Part shown: in pieces, positions 1-8,632 of the stretch
Position numbering within the stretch: the stretch's first letter is position 1
Layout: each line of letters starts with the position of its first letter
NCBI GenBank assembly: GCA_026414325.1
Contig: JAOAJF010000002.1
Coordinates: 1 to 63,241 of the forward strand
Direction of reading: 5' to 3'
Length of the DNA: 63,241 bases
Source of the DNA: Candidatus Micrarchaeota archaeon
Lineage (GTDB): Archaea > Micrarchaeota > Micrarchaeia > Anstonellales > Anstonellaceae
Program-made: the position numbers and the translations under genes
Notes under the pieces: generated by a model
What the model was told of the DNA's origin: nothing
The model's database searches: none
Seen by the model: the letters and a program-made list of their open reading frames with translations, nothing else

Positions 1-395
1 TTTGTCTTATTCATACAATAGCAATTACCTCCTTCATATACACACTCCATATTCTTATCTATCTCCTTACAATCATCCAAGCAATGTAATTGTGGATCTT
101 TTCCACTCAATCTCCCAGAACAAGAATAATATGTTATTGTCTTATTTGTCTCATTCTTTGTCTTATTCATACAATAGCAATTACCTCCTTCATATACACA
201 CTCCATATTCTTATCTATCTCCTTACAATCATCCAAGCAATGTAATTGTGGATCTTTTCCACTCAATCTCCCAGAACAAGAATAATATGTTATTGTCTTA
301 TTTGTCTCATTCTTTGTCTTATTCATACAATAGCAATTACCTCCTTCATATACACACTCCATATTCTTATCTATCTCCTTACAATCATCTAAGCA
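1..395 (-). repeat. In-frame 156-bp tandem repeat. Copies 1-156 and 157-312 are identical; the third copy is identical to ~389, then degenerate to ~470.
   Basis: I compared the stretches starting tttgtcttattcatacaatagc at 1, 157 and 313. The period of 156 bp equals 52 codons of the minus-strand CDS. The window begins inside the array. Confidence 0.9.
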
Positions 396-1832
396 CTTAT
401 ATTTTGGATTGTTAGATTTTTGTGTTCCTGAACAAGAGTAATATGTTTCTTCTTCTTTTGGAATACAAGTACAACTTACTATATCACAAACTAAATTTGG
501 ATCTTTACAATCTGGTATACATATTTTTTCCCTCGGCAAGCTAGGTTTGATTGGTGAAATTGGCACCAGTGGGTTAAAAAGATCTCCAATAATGGGAAGT
601 GGAAGCAAAAGTTTACTAAATCTAGTTATAAATTCATCAATAGGGTCTTTGGGTTTTTCTGGGATAATTTGTTCATAACAATATTTTGCTTCACATTGAC
701 AGGTTTTTTCATTCCAATATTCTGGAGGGCAATCTTTTCTTTCTTCTGGTGGGCAAACACAATCACATTTTTCTTTATCAAAAACATATGGCCTTAAACA
801 GATTCTATCTTCTTTACACTCACATTCACAAGTTTCTTCATTAAAAACAAAGTTTGGAGGACAATTTTTTATTTCTGGGCAGGCACATTTACAAGAGTAG
901 ACAGGATTTCCCCAGTAAGGAGAGGAGGTATCCTCCTCCGCAGAAGAAGTTGTGTAAGTGCGAGCAATACCCTCTATGGGAAGGCATATCTTTTTACCAG
1001 GACATCTGCCAAAACAACTTATTGGTTTACCTTCAGTATCTGTTCCAGAAATAAAAGTACAGTTTATATTTTTTGATACACATCTACATTTTGTTTTGGT
1101 CTCATTCTTTTCTACAATATTTTCTACAACACAAAAGCTTGGCTCACCAAGCACTTTTTCACAATCGTCAATACAAGCTAAAAACTCCTCTTCATAAACT
1201 GTAGGATTAAGAGAGCAACTAAAGACTCTTTTTTCTTTCTTTTTTTCTCCATCATCTGTTTGATTTGTATTATTTGTTTGGTTTTTATTAGTATCATTTA
1301 GATTTGTAGTCTCATTCTTTTTACAAACACAATCTTTAACATCACAGTAATAATCAGCTGGGCATTCATTTATACAATTAATTCTTTCATATTTTGTTTT
1401 ATATGGCGATTGAGGATTGCCTATACCTATACCTGCTGCTTCTATTATTATTGTATATTCGGAGGAAGAATTTTTAGGTAGGCGACACTTACTTTCATAA
1501 TAATAAGTACAACTACAATCCTCTTCGTTCCACCTTCCATTTGTCTTTATACAAAACTCTTTTTGTTGAGCTGGACAGACACACTGGCATTTTTCTAAAT
1601 CAAGAACTTTATTAATTCTTGCACAGCTCTGTTCTGTAAGTCTACAGCTACATTCACATCTTGGATAAGGAGTTTGAGAAATTAATCTGCATTCAAAATT
1701 TTCTTTATTACAGCTTCCAACACAAGTTAAGAGTTTTGAGTCATAATAACAACCAGGGGCTTGAATTACTTCTTGAGCGCTAATACTGTAAATCCAGACA
1801 AAAAATAAGAAAACCAAAAAATAGTTTCTCAA
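3..1832 (-). CDS. Secreted cysteine-rich repeat protein, 3'-truncated by the window edge (absent from the supplied ORF track)
   Basis: Hand translation of the minus strand from TTG at 1832 gives 610 codons with no stop. It starts MRNYFLVFLFFVWIYSISAQE (signal-peptide-like). Many CxC/CxCxC modules follow (PRCECSC, EKCQCVCP, ETCECEC, EKCDCVCP), then the 52-aa unit YYSCSGRLSGKDPQLHCLDDCKEIDKNMECVYEGGNCYCMNKTKNETNKTIT. Confidence 0.8.
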   Translation of the reverse strand, partial: MRNYFLVFLFFVWIYSISAQEVIQAPGCYYDSKLLTCVGSCNKENFECRLISQTPYPRCECSCRLTEQSCARINKVLDLEKCQCVCPAQQKEFCIKTNGRWNEEDCSCTYYYESKCRLPKNSSSEYTIIIEAAGIGIGNPQSPYKTKYERINCINECPADYYCDVKDCVCKKNETTNLNDTNKNQTNNTNQTDDGEKKKEKRVFSCSLNPTVYEEEFLACIDDCEKVLGEPSFCVVENIVEKNETKTKCRCVSKNINCTFISGTDTEGKPISCFGRCPGKKICLPIEGIARTYTTSSAEEDTSSPYWGNPVYSCKCACPEIKNCPPNFVFNEETCECECKEDRICLRPYVFDKEKCDCVCPPEERKDCPPEYWNEKTCQCEAKYCYEQIIPEKPKDPIDEFITRFSKLLLPLPIIGDLFNPLVPISPIKPSLPREKICIPDCKDPNLVCDIVSCTCIPKEEETYYSCSGTQKSNNPKYKCLDDCKEIDKNMECVYEGGNCYCMNKTKNETNKTITYYSCSGRLSGKDPQLHCLDDCKEIDKNMECVYEGGNCYCMNKTKNETNKTITYYSCSGRLSGKDPQLHCLDDCKEIDKNMECVYEGGNCYCMNKT

Positions 1833-1940
1833 AACATCACCTTCAATTTGTTTTATTAGCTCTAACAAAACAAAAATTTTTAAAGTTTTTCTTAGAAGTA
1901 TTTAAAAACTTTTATATTCTCTATAAAGATTTAAGTTTTT

Positions 1941-2447
1941 CTATCCATAATAGTCTAAAATTTTTTTTGCTGTTTGATTTAAAAGAAGCTCTTGTTTTTT
2001 AAGTTCGCTTTTTTTATTTATAGTCCAATATATTGTAGCTAGACTTAATCCAGCAGCTGCAGCTGCAGTTATCACTGATAATTTAGAGGCACCAAAAATA
2101 GAGAGTGCAGCAGTAGAAATTACAGAAAGATAAAAAATTTTACTTAAAAGTTTTTCTATTTTTAATATTTGTTTTCTTTCTTTTTCTAAAGAAAAGTTTA
2201 AGTCTCCATTGTTTTTTAATTTCATAGAAAGTTTTTCTCCCATATCCTGAAGAAGAAGAGTTTTTCTAAAAGTAGAATGAGTAAATTTATATTCTCTAAG
2301 GTTAGAATTGAAGCTATTAAACTTTTTGTTTAGTGTATTTTCTAGCTTATGAAATTTTAACAATTCTTTTTTCAATCTTTCTTTTTCAGTAGAATTTTGC
2401 AATTTTTTATTACCAAGTATTTTATACATTTTTCTCACTCCTCTCAT
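1941..2447 (-). CDS. Hypothetical coiled-coil protein with a C-terminal hydrophobic segment
   Basis: 168-aa ORF. The N-terminal part is K/E-rich; the hydrophobic stretch is LSVISTAALSIFGASKLSVITAAAAAGLSLATIYW. Confidence 0.5.
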   Translation of the reverse strand: MRGVRKMYKILGNKKLQNSTEKERLKKELLKFHKLENTLNKKFNSFNSNLREYKFTHSTFRKTLLLQDMGEKLSMKLKNNGDLNFSLEKERKQILKIEKLLSKIFYLSVISTAALSIFGASKLSVITAAAAAGLSLATIYWTINKKSELKKQELLLNQTAKKILDYYG

Positions 2448-2452
2448 TCTTA

Positions 2453-2523
2453 TGCGTCTGCCGGGATTTGAACCCGGGTCTTGAGCTTGGGAAGCTCACA
2501 TCCTGCCGCTGGACTACAGACGC
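2453..2523 (-). tRNA. tRNA-Gly (anticodon CCC)
   Basis: The reverse complement GCGTCTGTAGTCCAGCGGCAGGATGTGAGCTTCCCAAGCTCAAGACCCGGGTTCAAATCCCGGCAGACGCA folds as a cloverleaf. Anticodon loop is TTCCCAA, T-loop TTCAAAT. It is a GC-rich island in AT-rich DNA. Confidence 0.9.
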
Positions 2524-2562
2524 ACAAAATTTTTCCTCCTTTAAACTAAAATATAATTTAAT

Positions 2563-3252
2563 TCACTTTTTAAAAAAGTTTTTATTTTTCAAATATTCTT
2601 TAAATTTTTTGATTCCTTTAGAAGTTCCAATATCATGTATTTTTATATTCTGATATATTCCATATAATTTCTTTTTTTTTGCCAAAAAAGGAAATACTTC
2701 CTTTTCTAAACTTATTTTTTTATTTTTTTTACCTTTTTTATAATACAAATCCTTTTTTGAAATAAATCCAAAGCCAGAATATACAAACCCTTTTTTTATT
2801 TTTTTCTTTTCGTAAAACCCAACAATTTTTTCCCCATTCATTACTATAGCTCCTTTATTTTTTTGTTGATCTTCTGTTACTAACAACGTAGTTTTTTTTG
2901 TTTTTTCACATTTTTTTAGAAACTTCTCTAGTTTAATATTTTCAAGGTATGTGTCTGCATTTAAAATATAAAAAAAAGAAGGAAGTTTTCTAATTATCTG
3001 TATTATAGCACCAGCTGTGCCTAAAGCTCTTTTTTCTATAACTACCTCTATTTTTTTATTTTCATATTTTAAAAATTTTTTACCTCTATAGCCTGCTAAA
3101 AGAATTATTTTATCAAAAAAATTATAAAATTTTTCAAAAAGGTATCTAATAAATTCCTTATTATTAATTTTTATAAGTGGTTTTGGAACACTTTTAGTTA
3201 GAGCTCCTAATCTTTTTCCTCGCCCACCACACAATATAATTAATGTTCTCAT
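2563..3252 (-). CDS. hddC: Sugar-1-phosphate nucleotidylyltransferase, HddC-like (D-glycero-alpha-D-manno-heptose 1-phosphate guanylyltransferase candidate)
   Basis: N-terminal LCGGRGKRLGALTKSVPKPLIKI nucleotidyltransferase motif. It is divergently adjacent to hddA-gmhA-gmhB. Confidence 0.65.
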   Translation of the reverse strand: MRTLIILCGGRGKRLGALTKSVPKPLIKINNKEFIRYLFEKFYNFFDKIILLAGYRGKKFLKYENKKIEVVIEKRALGTAGAIIQIIRKLPSFFYILNADTYLENIKLEKFLKKCEKTKKTTLLVTEDQQKNKGAIVMNGEKIVGFYEKKKIKKGFVYSGFGFISKKDLYYKKGKKNKKISLEKEVFPFLAKKKKLYGIYQNIKIHDIGTSKGIKKFKEYLKNKNFFKK

Positions 3253-3313
3253 CTAAAAATAAACTAAAAATAAATTTATTAATATTTATAAAATTTCTTT
3301 CAATAATTAGTTT

Positions 3314-4318
3314 ATGGGTTTTTCTATAAAAACAAGGGCACCTCTAAGAATAAGTTTGGCAGGTGGCGGAACAGATGTTTCTCCTTTTTGTGATGAATAT
3401 GGAGGTGCTGTAATTAACATTGCCATCTCTAGATATGCTTATGTCTATTTATCTAAAATAAAACAAGGAATTAAAATCAAAAGTAATCTAAATACAAAAG
3501 GGATTTTATATAGCGGAAAAAAAGAATTTTTAAACAACCACCAACAAGATATTCTAAGAGCTATTTTAAAACATTATTTAAAATCCAAAGGCGGATATGA
3601 AATATCCTTTTTTTTAGATACTTTACCTAGATCTGGTTTGGGTTCTTCTGCAGCAGCATTTGTTTCTTTAATAGCTGCATTTAATTTTGCAGAATCTTTA
3701 GGATTGTCTAAAAAATCAATAGCAGAGCAAGCTTGGTATTTAGAAAGAGAAGAATTAAAAAATATAGGAGGAAAGCAAGATCAATATGCAAGCGTATTTG
3801 GAGGAATAAATTTTATGAAATTTTCAGCTAACGATGTTGAGCTTTATCCTCTAAGGGTAGATCAAAAAACTATTTTAGAACTAGAAAGCAGGATTTTAAT
3901 TTTTAATTATGCTCCTAGGGATCCTTCTGGTAAAATAATCGAGCAACAAATAAAAAATGTAAAGGAAAAGAAAAAACAAACCATAGATGCTCTTTTAAGA
4001 AATAAAGAAATAGCAAAAGAAATAACAAAGGAATTATTACAGACCAATATCGACAAGGTAGGGCTATTATTAGATGAAAGTTGGCAAGAAAAAAAGAAAT
4101 ATTCCTCATATATCTCTAATAGTGATTTAGATAAATTTTACAATAAACTAAAAAGCCTTGGTGTGATAGGTGGAAAAATTAGTGGGGCTGGGGGTGGAGG
4201 ACACATGTTTTTACTCTGTCAAGAGAACAAAACCCTCGATGTTTATTACTATTTATTAAATTCAGGGTTTAATCCATTCTTTTTAAAAATTGATTGGGAA
4301 GGGGTAATTGAATGGTAA
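3314..4318 (+). CDS. hddA: GHMP-family D-glycero-alpha-D-manno-heptose 7-phosphate kinase
   Basis: RAPLRISLAGGGTDVSPFCDEYGGAVINIAI N-terminus and GHMP motif LPRSGLGSSAAAFVSLI. Its stop overlaps the gmhA start. Confidence 0.75.
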   Translation: MGFSIKTRAPLRISLAGGGTDVSPFCDEYGGAVINIAISRYAYVYLSKIKQGIKIKSNLNTKGILYSGKKEFLNNHQQDILRAILKHYLKSKGGYEISFFLDTLPRSGLGSSAAAFVSLIAAFNFAESLGLSKKSIAEQAWYLEREELKNIGGKQDQYASVFGGINFMKFSANDVELYPLRVDQKTILELESRILIFNYAPRDPSGKIIEQQIKNVKEKKKQTIDALLRNKEIAKEITKELLQTNIDKVGLLLDESWQEKKKYSSYISNSDLDKFYNKLKSLGVIGGKISGAGGGGHMFLLCQENKTLDVYYYLLNSGFNPFFLKIDWEGVIEW

Positions 4319-4875
4319 ATATTAAAAATGCACGAGATGAGCTCATATCTTCTCTATCTAAAATAAATGAAGAAAGTATAATCCAAGCTGCATCTTTAAT
4401 AGCAGATGCTTTCAAAAAAAACAAAAAATTATTAGTAGCAGGTAATGGTGGTAGTGCTGCTGATGCACAACATTTTGTTACAGAATTGGTCTGTACATTT
4501 GAAAAAAAAGAAAGAAAAGCCCTCCCAGCTATAGCTCTTACCACCAATAGCAGTATCTTAACTGCCTGGTCTAATGATTTTTCATTCGAAACAGTTTTTG
4601 AACGACAAATTCTTTCATTAGCTAATAAAGAAGATATCTTTTTTTCTATCAGTACATCTGGAAATTCTAAAAATATAATTAAATCTATGCAAACAGCTAA
4701 AAAAATAGGTCTAACTAATATTTTACTTACAGGTCAGGATGGAGGAAAAGCCAAACAATTTGCAGATTTGGTATTATTTGTTAATTCAAACAATGTTCAA
4801 AGAATTCAAGAGTGCCATATATTTATACTCCACCAACTTTGTTCTCTTATAGAACGGGAGTTCTATGAAAAATAA
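4312..4875 (+). CDS. gmhA: Phosphoheptose isomerase (SIS domain)
   Basis: GNGGSAADAQHFVTEL and SISTSGNSKNI SIS motifs, 187 aa. It overlaps both flanking genes. Confidence 0.85.
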   Translation: MVNIKNARDELISSLSKINEESIIQAASLIADAFKKNKKLLVAGNGGSAADAQHFVTELVCTFEKKERKALPAIALTTNSSILTAWSNDFSFETVFERQILSLANKEDIFFSISTSGNSKNIIKSMQTAKKIGLTNILLTGQDGGKAKQFADLVLFVNSNNVQRIQECHIFILHQLCSLIEREFYEK

Positions 4876-5329
4876 GGCCTTATTTTTAGATAGAGATGGA
4901 ACCATAATAGAGCATGTGCCATATATAAATGATCCTTCAAAAGTTAAGCTTCGTAAAGATATTTTAGAAAAACTAAAAGAATTTCAAAAAGCCGGCTACC
5001 TTCTCATTATAATAACAAATCAATCTGGAATTGAAAGAGGTTTGATAACAATCGAACAATATCAAAATGTTACGAATAAAATGTTAAGTTTATTATCGTT
5101 GGAAGGAATAACTATTACCGATATATTTATGTGCCCCTCTCATCCTTCTAAAAATGATTATAGAAGAAAACCAAATCCAGGAATGATTTTAGAAGCAGCT
5201 AAAAAATATAATATAGATTTAAAAAATTCTATTTTGGTTGGCGATGATGCTAAGGATATTCAAGCAGGAAAAAATGCAGGGGTAGGTCATTGTTTATATT
5301 TAGAAGAATTTTTATCTTTCTCAGTTTAA
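4865..5329 (+). CDS. gmhB: D,D-heptose 1,7-bisphosphate phosphatase (HAD superfamily)
   Basis: FLDRDGTI (HAD motif I), ITNQSGIERG, RKPNPGM and GDDAKDIQAG motifs. Confidence 0.8.
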   Translation: MKNKALFLDRDGTIIEHVPYINDPSKVKLRKDILEKLKEFQKAGYLLIIITNQSGIERGLITIEQYQNVTNKMLSLLSLEGITITDIFMCPSHPSKNDYRRKPNPGMILEAAKKYNIDLKNSILVGDDAKDIQAGKNAGVGHCLYLEEFLSFSV

Positions 5330-5335
5330 TTTTTT

Positions 5336-6469
5336 CTAATTTCTTTTTGCAACCTCTTTTAATTTTTCTTCGATCTTTTCTAAATATACTTCTAAACTAA
5401 AATTCTTTAAAACATGTTCTCTAGCTTTTTTACCCATATTTTCTGTTTCTTGAGGATTTTCTGCCAAATATAGCATTTTTTGAGCCATCTGCTCTGGACT
5501 ATCTACTAAAAATCCAGTTTTTTTATCAATTATACTATATTTTGGTCCTCCCTCGTTAACAGAAATACAAGGTTTAGAGCTAGCCATATATTCTAATGGT
5601 ACTAATCCAAAATCTTCTTCTATAGCATAAAATAATCCAGCATAGCAATTAGAATAAAGTTCTTTTAGTTCTTTAGTAGATAAATTTGTTTTAAATTCTA
5701 TTTTGTAGCCTTGCGCTAAATTTTTTAGCTCTTCTAAATACTCGTTATATTCTGGTGCAACATTTCCAGCTAATACAAGACTAAAGTCTTTTCTTTTTTT
5801 ACAAAAAATTTTAAATGCTTCAATAACTTTTTCAAACCTTTTATTAGAAATAAATCTTGAGACGTATAAAAAATATTTATCATAAGTTTTATTTTCAAAT
5901 TCGTTTGGTTCTATTCCTGGCCATATTACCTCCGCATCTGTCCTTCCTATGTATTTAGCTAATCTCTCTTTTGTAATCTCTGAATTACAAGCTATCTTTT
6001 CTATTTTTTTTGTAATTCTTCTATCGATTGGAACATAAAAAGCCCTTGCAAAATGCATTAGAAGTTTTCCAATCATATTTTTCTTTCTATATCTTTCTTC
6101 AAATAAATCATAGACTAATCTATTTGGGCTATGGCAATAATAAAAAACTCTTTCATTTTTATTTGCAACAAAATGCGAAGGAGTGCCATGGGCATTTATC
6201 ACATCATAATCTGAAAATTTCACATCTAAACAGCGGAAAATAGAAGCAATCTCTCCTTTGCGATGCAAAAGCTTTAAATCAAAAAATTTCGGCTCAAAAA
6301 AAACTTTGGGGAGAGGTCTTAAATCAAATTCCTTTAACTCTTCAAATGTTTTCTCTGGCTCATAAACCACATAATATACAGTTGGGTTGAATTTTTTTAT
6401 AATCTCCAGCACACTTCTTTCTAATCCTCCTTTTTGATCAAAAAAAGGATGAACTAAAATTAAATCCAT
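5336..6469 (-). CDS. Glycosyltransferase, GT4 (GT-B fold) family
   Basis: 377 aa. C-terminal EEDFGLVPLEYMASSKPCISVNEGGPKYSI matches the GT4 E-x7-E region. It is convergent with the heptose genes. Confidence 0.75.
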   Translation of the reverse strand: MDLILVHPFFDQKGGLERSVLEIIKKFNPTVYYVVYEPEKTFEELKEFDLRPLPKVFFEPKFFDLKLLHRKGEIASIFRCLDVKFSDYDVINAHGTPSHFVANKNERVFYYCHSPNRLVYDLFEERYRKKNMIGKLLMHFARAFYVPIDRRITKKIEKIACNSEITKERLAKYIGRTDAEVIWPGIEPNEFENKTYDKYFLYVSRFISNKRFEKVIEAFKIFCKKRKDFSLVLAGNVAPEYNEYLEELKNLAQGYKIEFKTNLSTKELKELYSNCYAGLFYAIEEDFGLVPLEYMASSKPCISVNEGGPKYSIIDKKTGFLVDSPEQMAQKMLYLAENPQETENMGKKAREHVLKNFSLEVYLEKIEEKLKEVAKRN

Positions 6470-6595
6470 ACAACCACAAAAATTTTCAGAAATTATTTTT
6501 CTTCATTTTGGCTAGCCAATCTGGCAGTCGAACTCTCATCAACAGTAAATAAATTTAAAATAAACAAATAAAAACATTGTGTATGAAATTTATTT

Positions 6596-7000
6596 ATGAT
6601 TTCTATCGAGCTTTTTTTGTTTAACTTATTCATATGCTTTTTGTTAGGCTATCTTGTTGGTCTAGAGCGAGAACATAAACAAAAACCAGCTGGTGTTGGC
6701 ACTCACATTATTATCATCAGCTCTTCTATGACTTTCTCTTCAATATCCTTAGTTTTTTTAGGTGAGAGTGCAAGAGTTATTGCTGCAATAATAAGTGGGA
6801 TTGGGTTTTTAGGAGCAGGAATAATTTTTAGAGAAAAAACTGATAAAATAACTAATCTTACTACAGCTGCAACTATTTGGCTTTCTGCTTCTATTGGAAT
6901 ACTAATTGGGCTGGGCTATTATCTTCATGCCTTTATTCTAACCCTTTTTGAATTAATAGCATTAAACGTCCCTCATCTATCCTTAAAAAAGAATAATTAG
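6596..7000 (+). CDS. MgtC/SapB family membrane protein
   Basis: LLGYLVGLEREHKQKPAGVGTHIII and GIGFLGAGIIFRE motifs, 134 aa, 4-5 hydrophobic helices. Confidence 0.7.
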   Translation: MISIELFLFNLFICFLLGYLVGLEREHKQKPAGVGTHIIIISSSMTFSSISLVFLGESARVIAAIISGIGFLGAGIIFREKTDKITNLTTAATIWLSASIGILIGLGYYLHAFILTLFELIALNVPHLSLKKNN

Positions 7001-7050
7001 ATTTATTTTCTGCCCACTATTAATTTAAATTTAATTAGCCTAAATATTTT

Positions 7051-7956
7051 GTGGTGTTAGTTATGTTTAATCTAATTAAGAAAATAAAAAAAATCCCAAA
7101 ATTTTTAGAACTAGTTTTTAAATATGTTAAACTTGAGAGCATAGTCGATGTTTTTATCTCAAAAATTTTTTGGATCCCAAGGCAAATTAAATTTAAAGAT
7201 GGTTCTGAAGCTTTTTTTTCAATTACCTATTCACATCTGCCTGCCCTTCCATCTAAAAAAAACTTAGTAGATGAAAAATACAAAATCTATTGCTGGGAAA
7301 TAGCTGGTAGAAAATTTTACTCTACAATAGAACAGGTTAGCTCCATTACTCTTCTTGCAATAACTAAAGACATAGATGTTTATTATGCAGCAGATTATAA
7401 AAACAAAAAAGTATTAGATGTGGGTGGGCATATTGGAGATAGTGCAATGTACTTTTTAGACAAAGGTGCAGCATTTGTAGATATTTATGAGCCAGTAGAA
7501 CAAAATATAATTTCTATGAAACTGAATTTGGCAAATTATCCAAAAGAAAAATATAAGATAAATCAATTAGCAGTTTGTAATAAAGAGGGAGAGCTTTCAT
7601 TTACTACTTTAGATTTCCCAGGCAGCCCTTCTTTTGGCAGTTCCTTTTTTTTGAAACCTTTAGCAGAATTTTTTAAACCCAAAGTAGAGAAGTATTCCTT
7701 TAGTTGTGTCTCTTTTAAAAAGATCTTAACTGAAAATCACTATGATATTGCAAAGATAGACTGTGAAGGCTGTGAAAAATATTTGTTAGAATTAGATCAG
7801 AAAACTTTAACTAAAATTCCTATATGGCTGATAGAGGTGCATTCTAAAGAATTAGAAAAAAATATTTTAGAAAAATTTAAGCAAGCTGGGTTTAAATCAA
7901 CAACAATGGAAAAATCTATTCCAGATCTTGGAACATATAAATTTGAATTGATTTAA
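7051..7956 (+). CDS. FkbM-family SAM-dependent methyltransferase
   Basis: VLDVGGHIGDSAMYF (SAM motif I) and IAKIDCEGCEKYLL (FkbM-type motif). The track start is GTG; an alternative ATG lies at 7063. Confidence 0.7.
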   Translation: MVLVMFNLIKKIKKIPKFLELVFKYVKLESIVDVFISKIFWIPRQIKFKDGSEAFFSITYSHLPALPSKKNLVDEKYKIYCWEIAGRKFYSTIEQVSSITLLAITKDIDVYYAADYKNKKVLDVGGHIGDSAMYFLDKGAAFVDIYEPVEQNIISMKLNLANYPKEKYKINQLAVCNKEGELSFTTLDFPGSPSFGSSFFLKPLAEFFKPKVEKYSFSCVSFKKILTENHYDIAKIDCEGCEKYLLELDQKTLTKIPIWLIEVHSKELEKNILEKFKQAGFKSTTMEKSIPDLGTYKFELI

Positions 7957-7981
7957 TTTTTTAAATTTCAAATTATTGAAC

Positions 7982-8554
7982 TTAATCGAGAATTCTCCTT
8001 TTTATATTCTGTAGCACAAGCCCAAAGGCCCCTCCAATTATAGCTGTCTGCAGCTGTACTATTCCCATAATAGCTAAAAAAGCCTCAGGAACATAGCCAA
8101 AAAAATAAAGTAAAAAAGAAATTAAAAATAACCAAAATGCTTTTACCAAAGCGCTTAGCACAATTGCAAAAATTTTGTTTAACTTTTTATAAAAAACAAA
8201 ATATTTTATTAAAAAAACAAAAATCGCATTTGCTATCCAAATAAAAGGAACAAAATAAACTAAAAACACAGTAAAATTTCCAAAAATTAGTCCTGCTGCA
8301 AGAGCTGCAATTGAAGGCAAAAGAATCGGCCCTAGCAAAATTTTTCCCTTCAAATTAAATGCACTTAAAACCAAAACACAATTTATTATACTACCAACTA
8401 AAAGCTGAGGGTGGCCTAATAAAAATGGTGCAAAAAAAGAAACTAAAATATAAACAACCACCTCTAAATTATATTCAAGCTCTTTTAGCTCATATTCTGA
8501 AAAATTTAACACTTCTTGAGCTGTTTTATAATAATTTTGATATAAATTCTTCAT
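7982..8554 (-). CDS. Integral membrane protein, function unknown
   Basis: 190 aa with about 5-6 hydrophobic helices. I recognise no diagnostic motif. Confidence 0.5.
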   Translation of the reverse strand: MKNLYQNYYKTAQEVLNFSEYELKELEYNLEVVVYILVSFFAPFLLGHPQLLVGSIINCVLVLSAFNLKGKILLGPILLPSIAALAAGLIFGNFTVFLVYFVPFIWIANAIFVFLIKYFVFYKKLNKIFAIVLSALVKAFWLFLISFLLYFFGYVPEAFLAIMGIVQLQTAIIGGAFGLVLQNIKRRILD

Positions 8555-8632
8555 AAAACTACTAACAAAAATTAGATTATAAAGCTTTTGGCTTTAGCTA
8601 AACTTTTAAAACCTAATTAAATTTAACAAAAT

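Noticed and set aside
2-415. Plus-strand 137-aa ORF with a repeated peptide (MSYSYNSNYLLHIHTPYSYL...)
   Set aside because: It is the antisense shadow of the 156-bp repeat. The minus strand carries a 610-codon stop-free frame with a signal peptide and coherent Cys modules. The plus-strand peptide is low-complexity and starts at a TTG at the window edge.
1-470. Possible CRISPR array or satellite at the contig start
   Set aside because: The 156-bp units are directly adjacent with no spacers. The period is a multiple of three and lies inside a coding frame. No cas genes or leader are present.
854-1197. Plus-strand ORFs 854-1054 and 958-1197
   Set aside because: They overlap each other and are antisense to the continuous minus-strand Cys-rich CDS. 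Neither has a motif.
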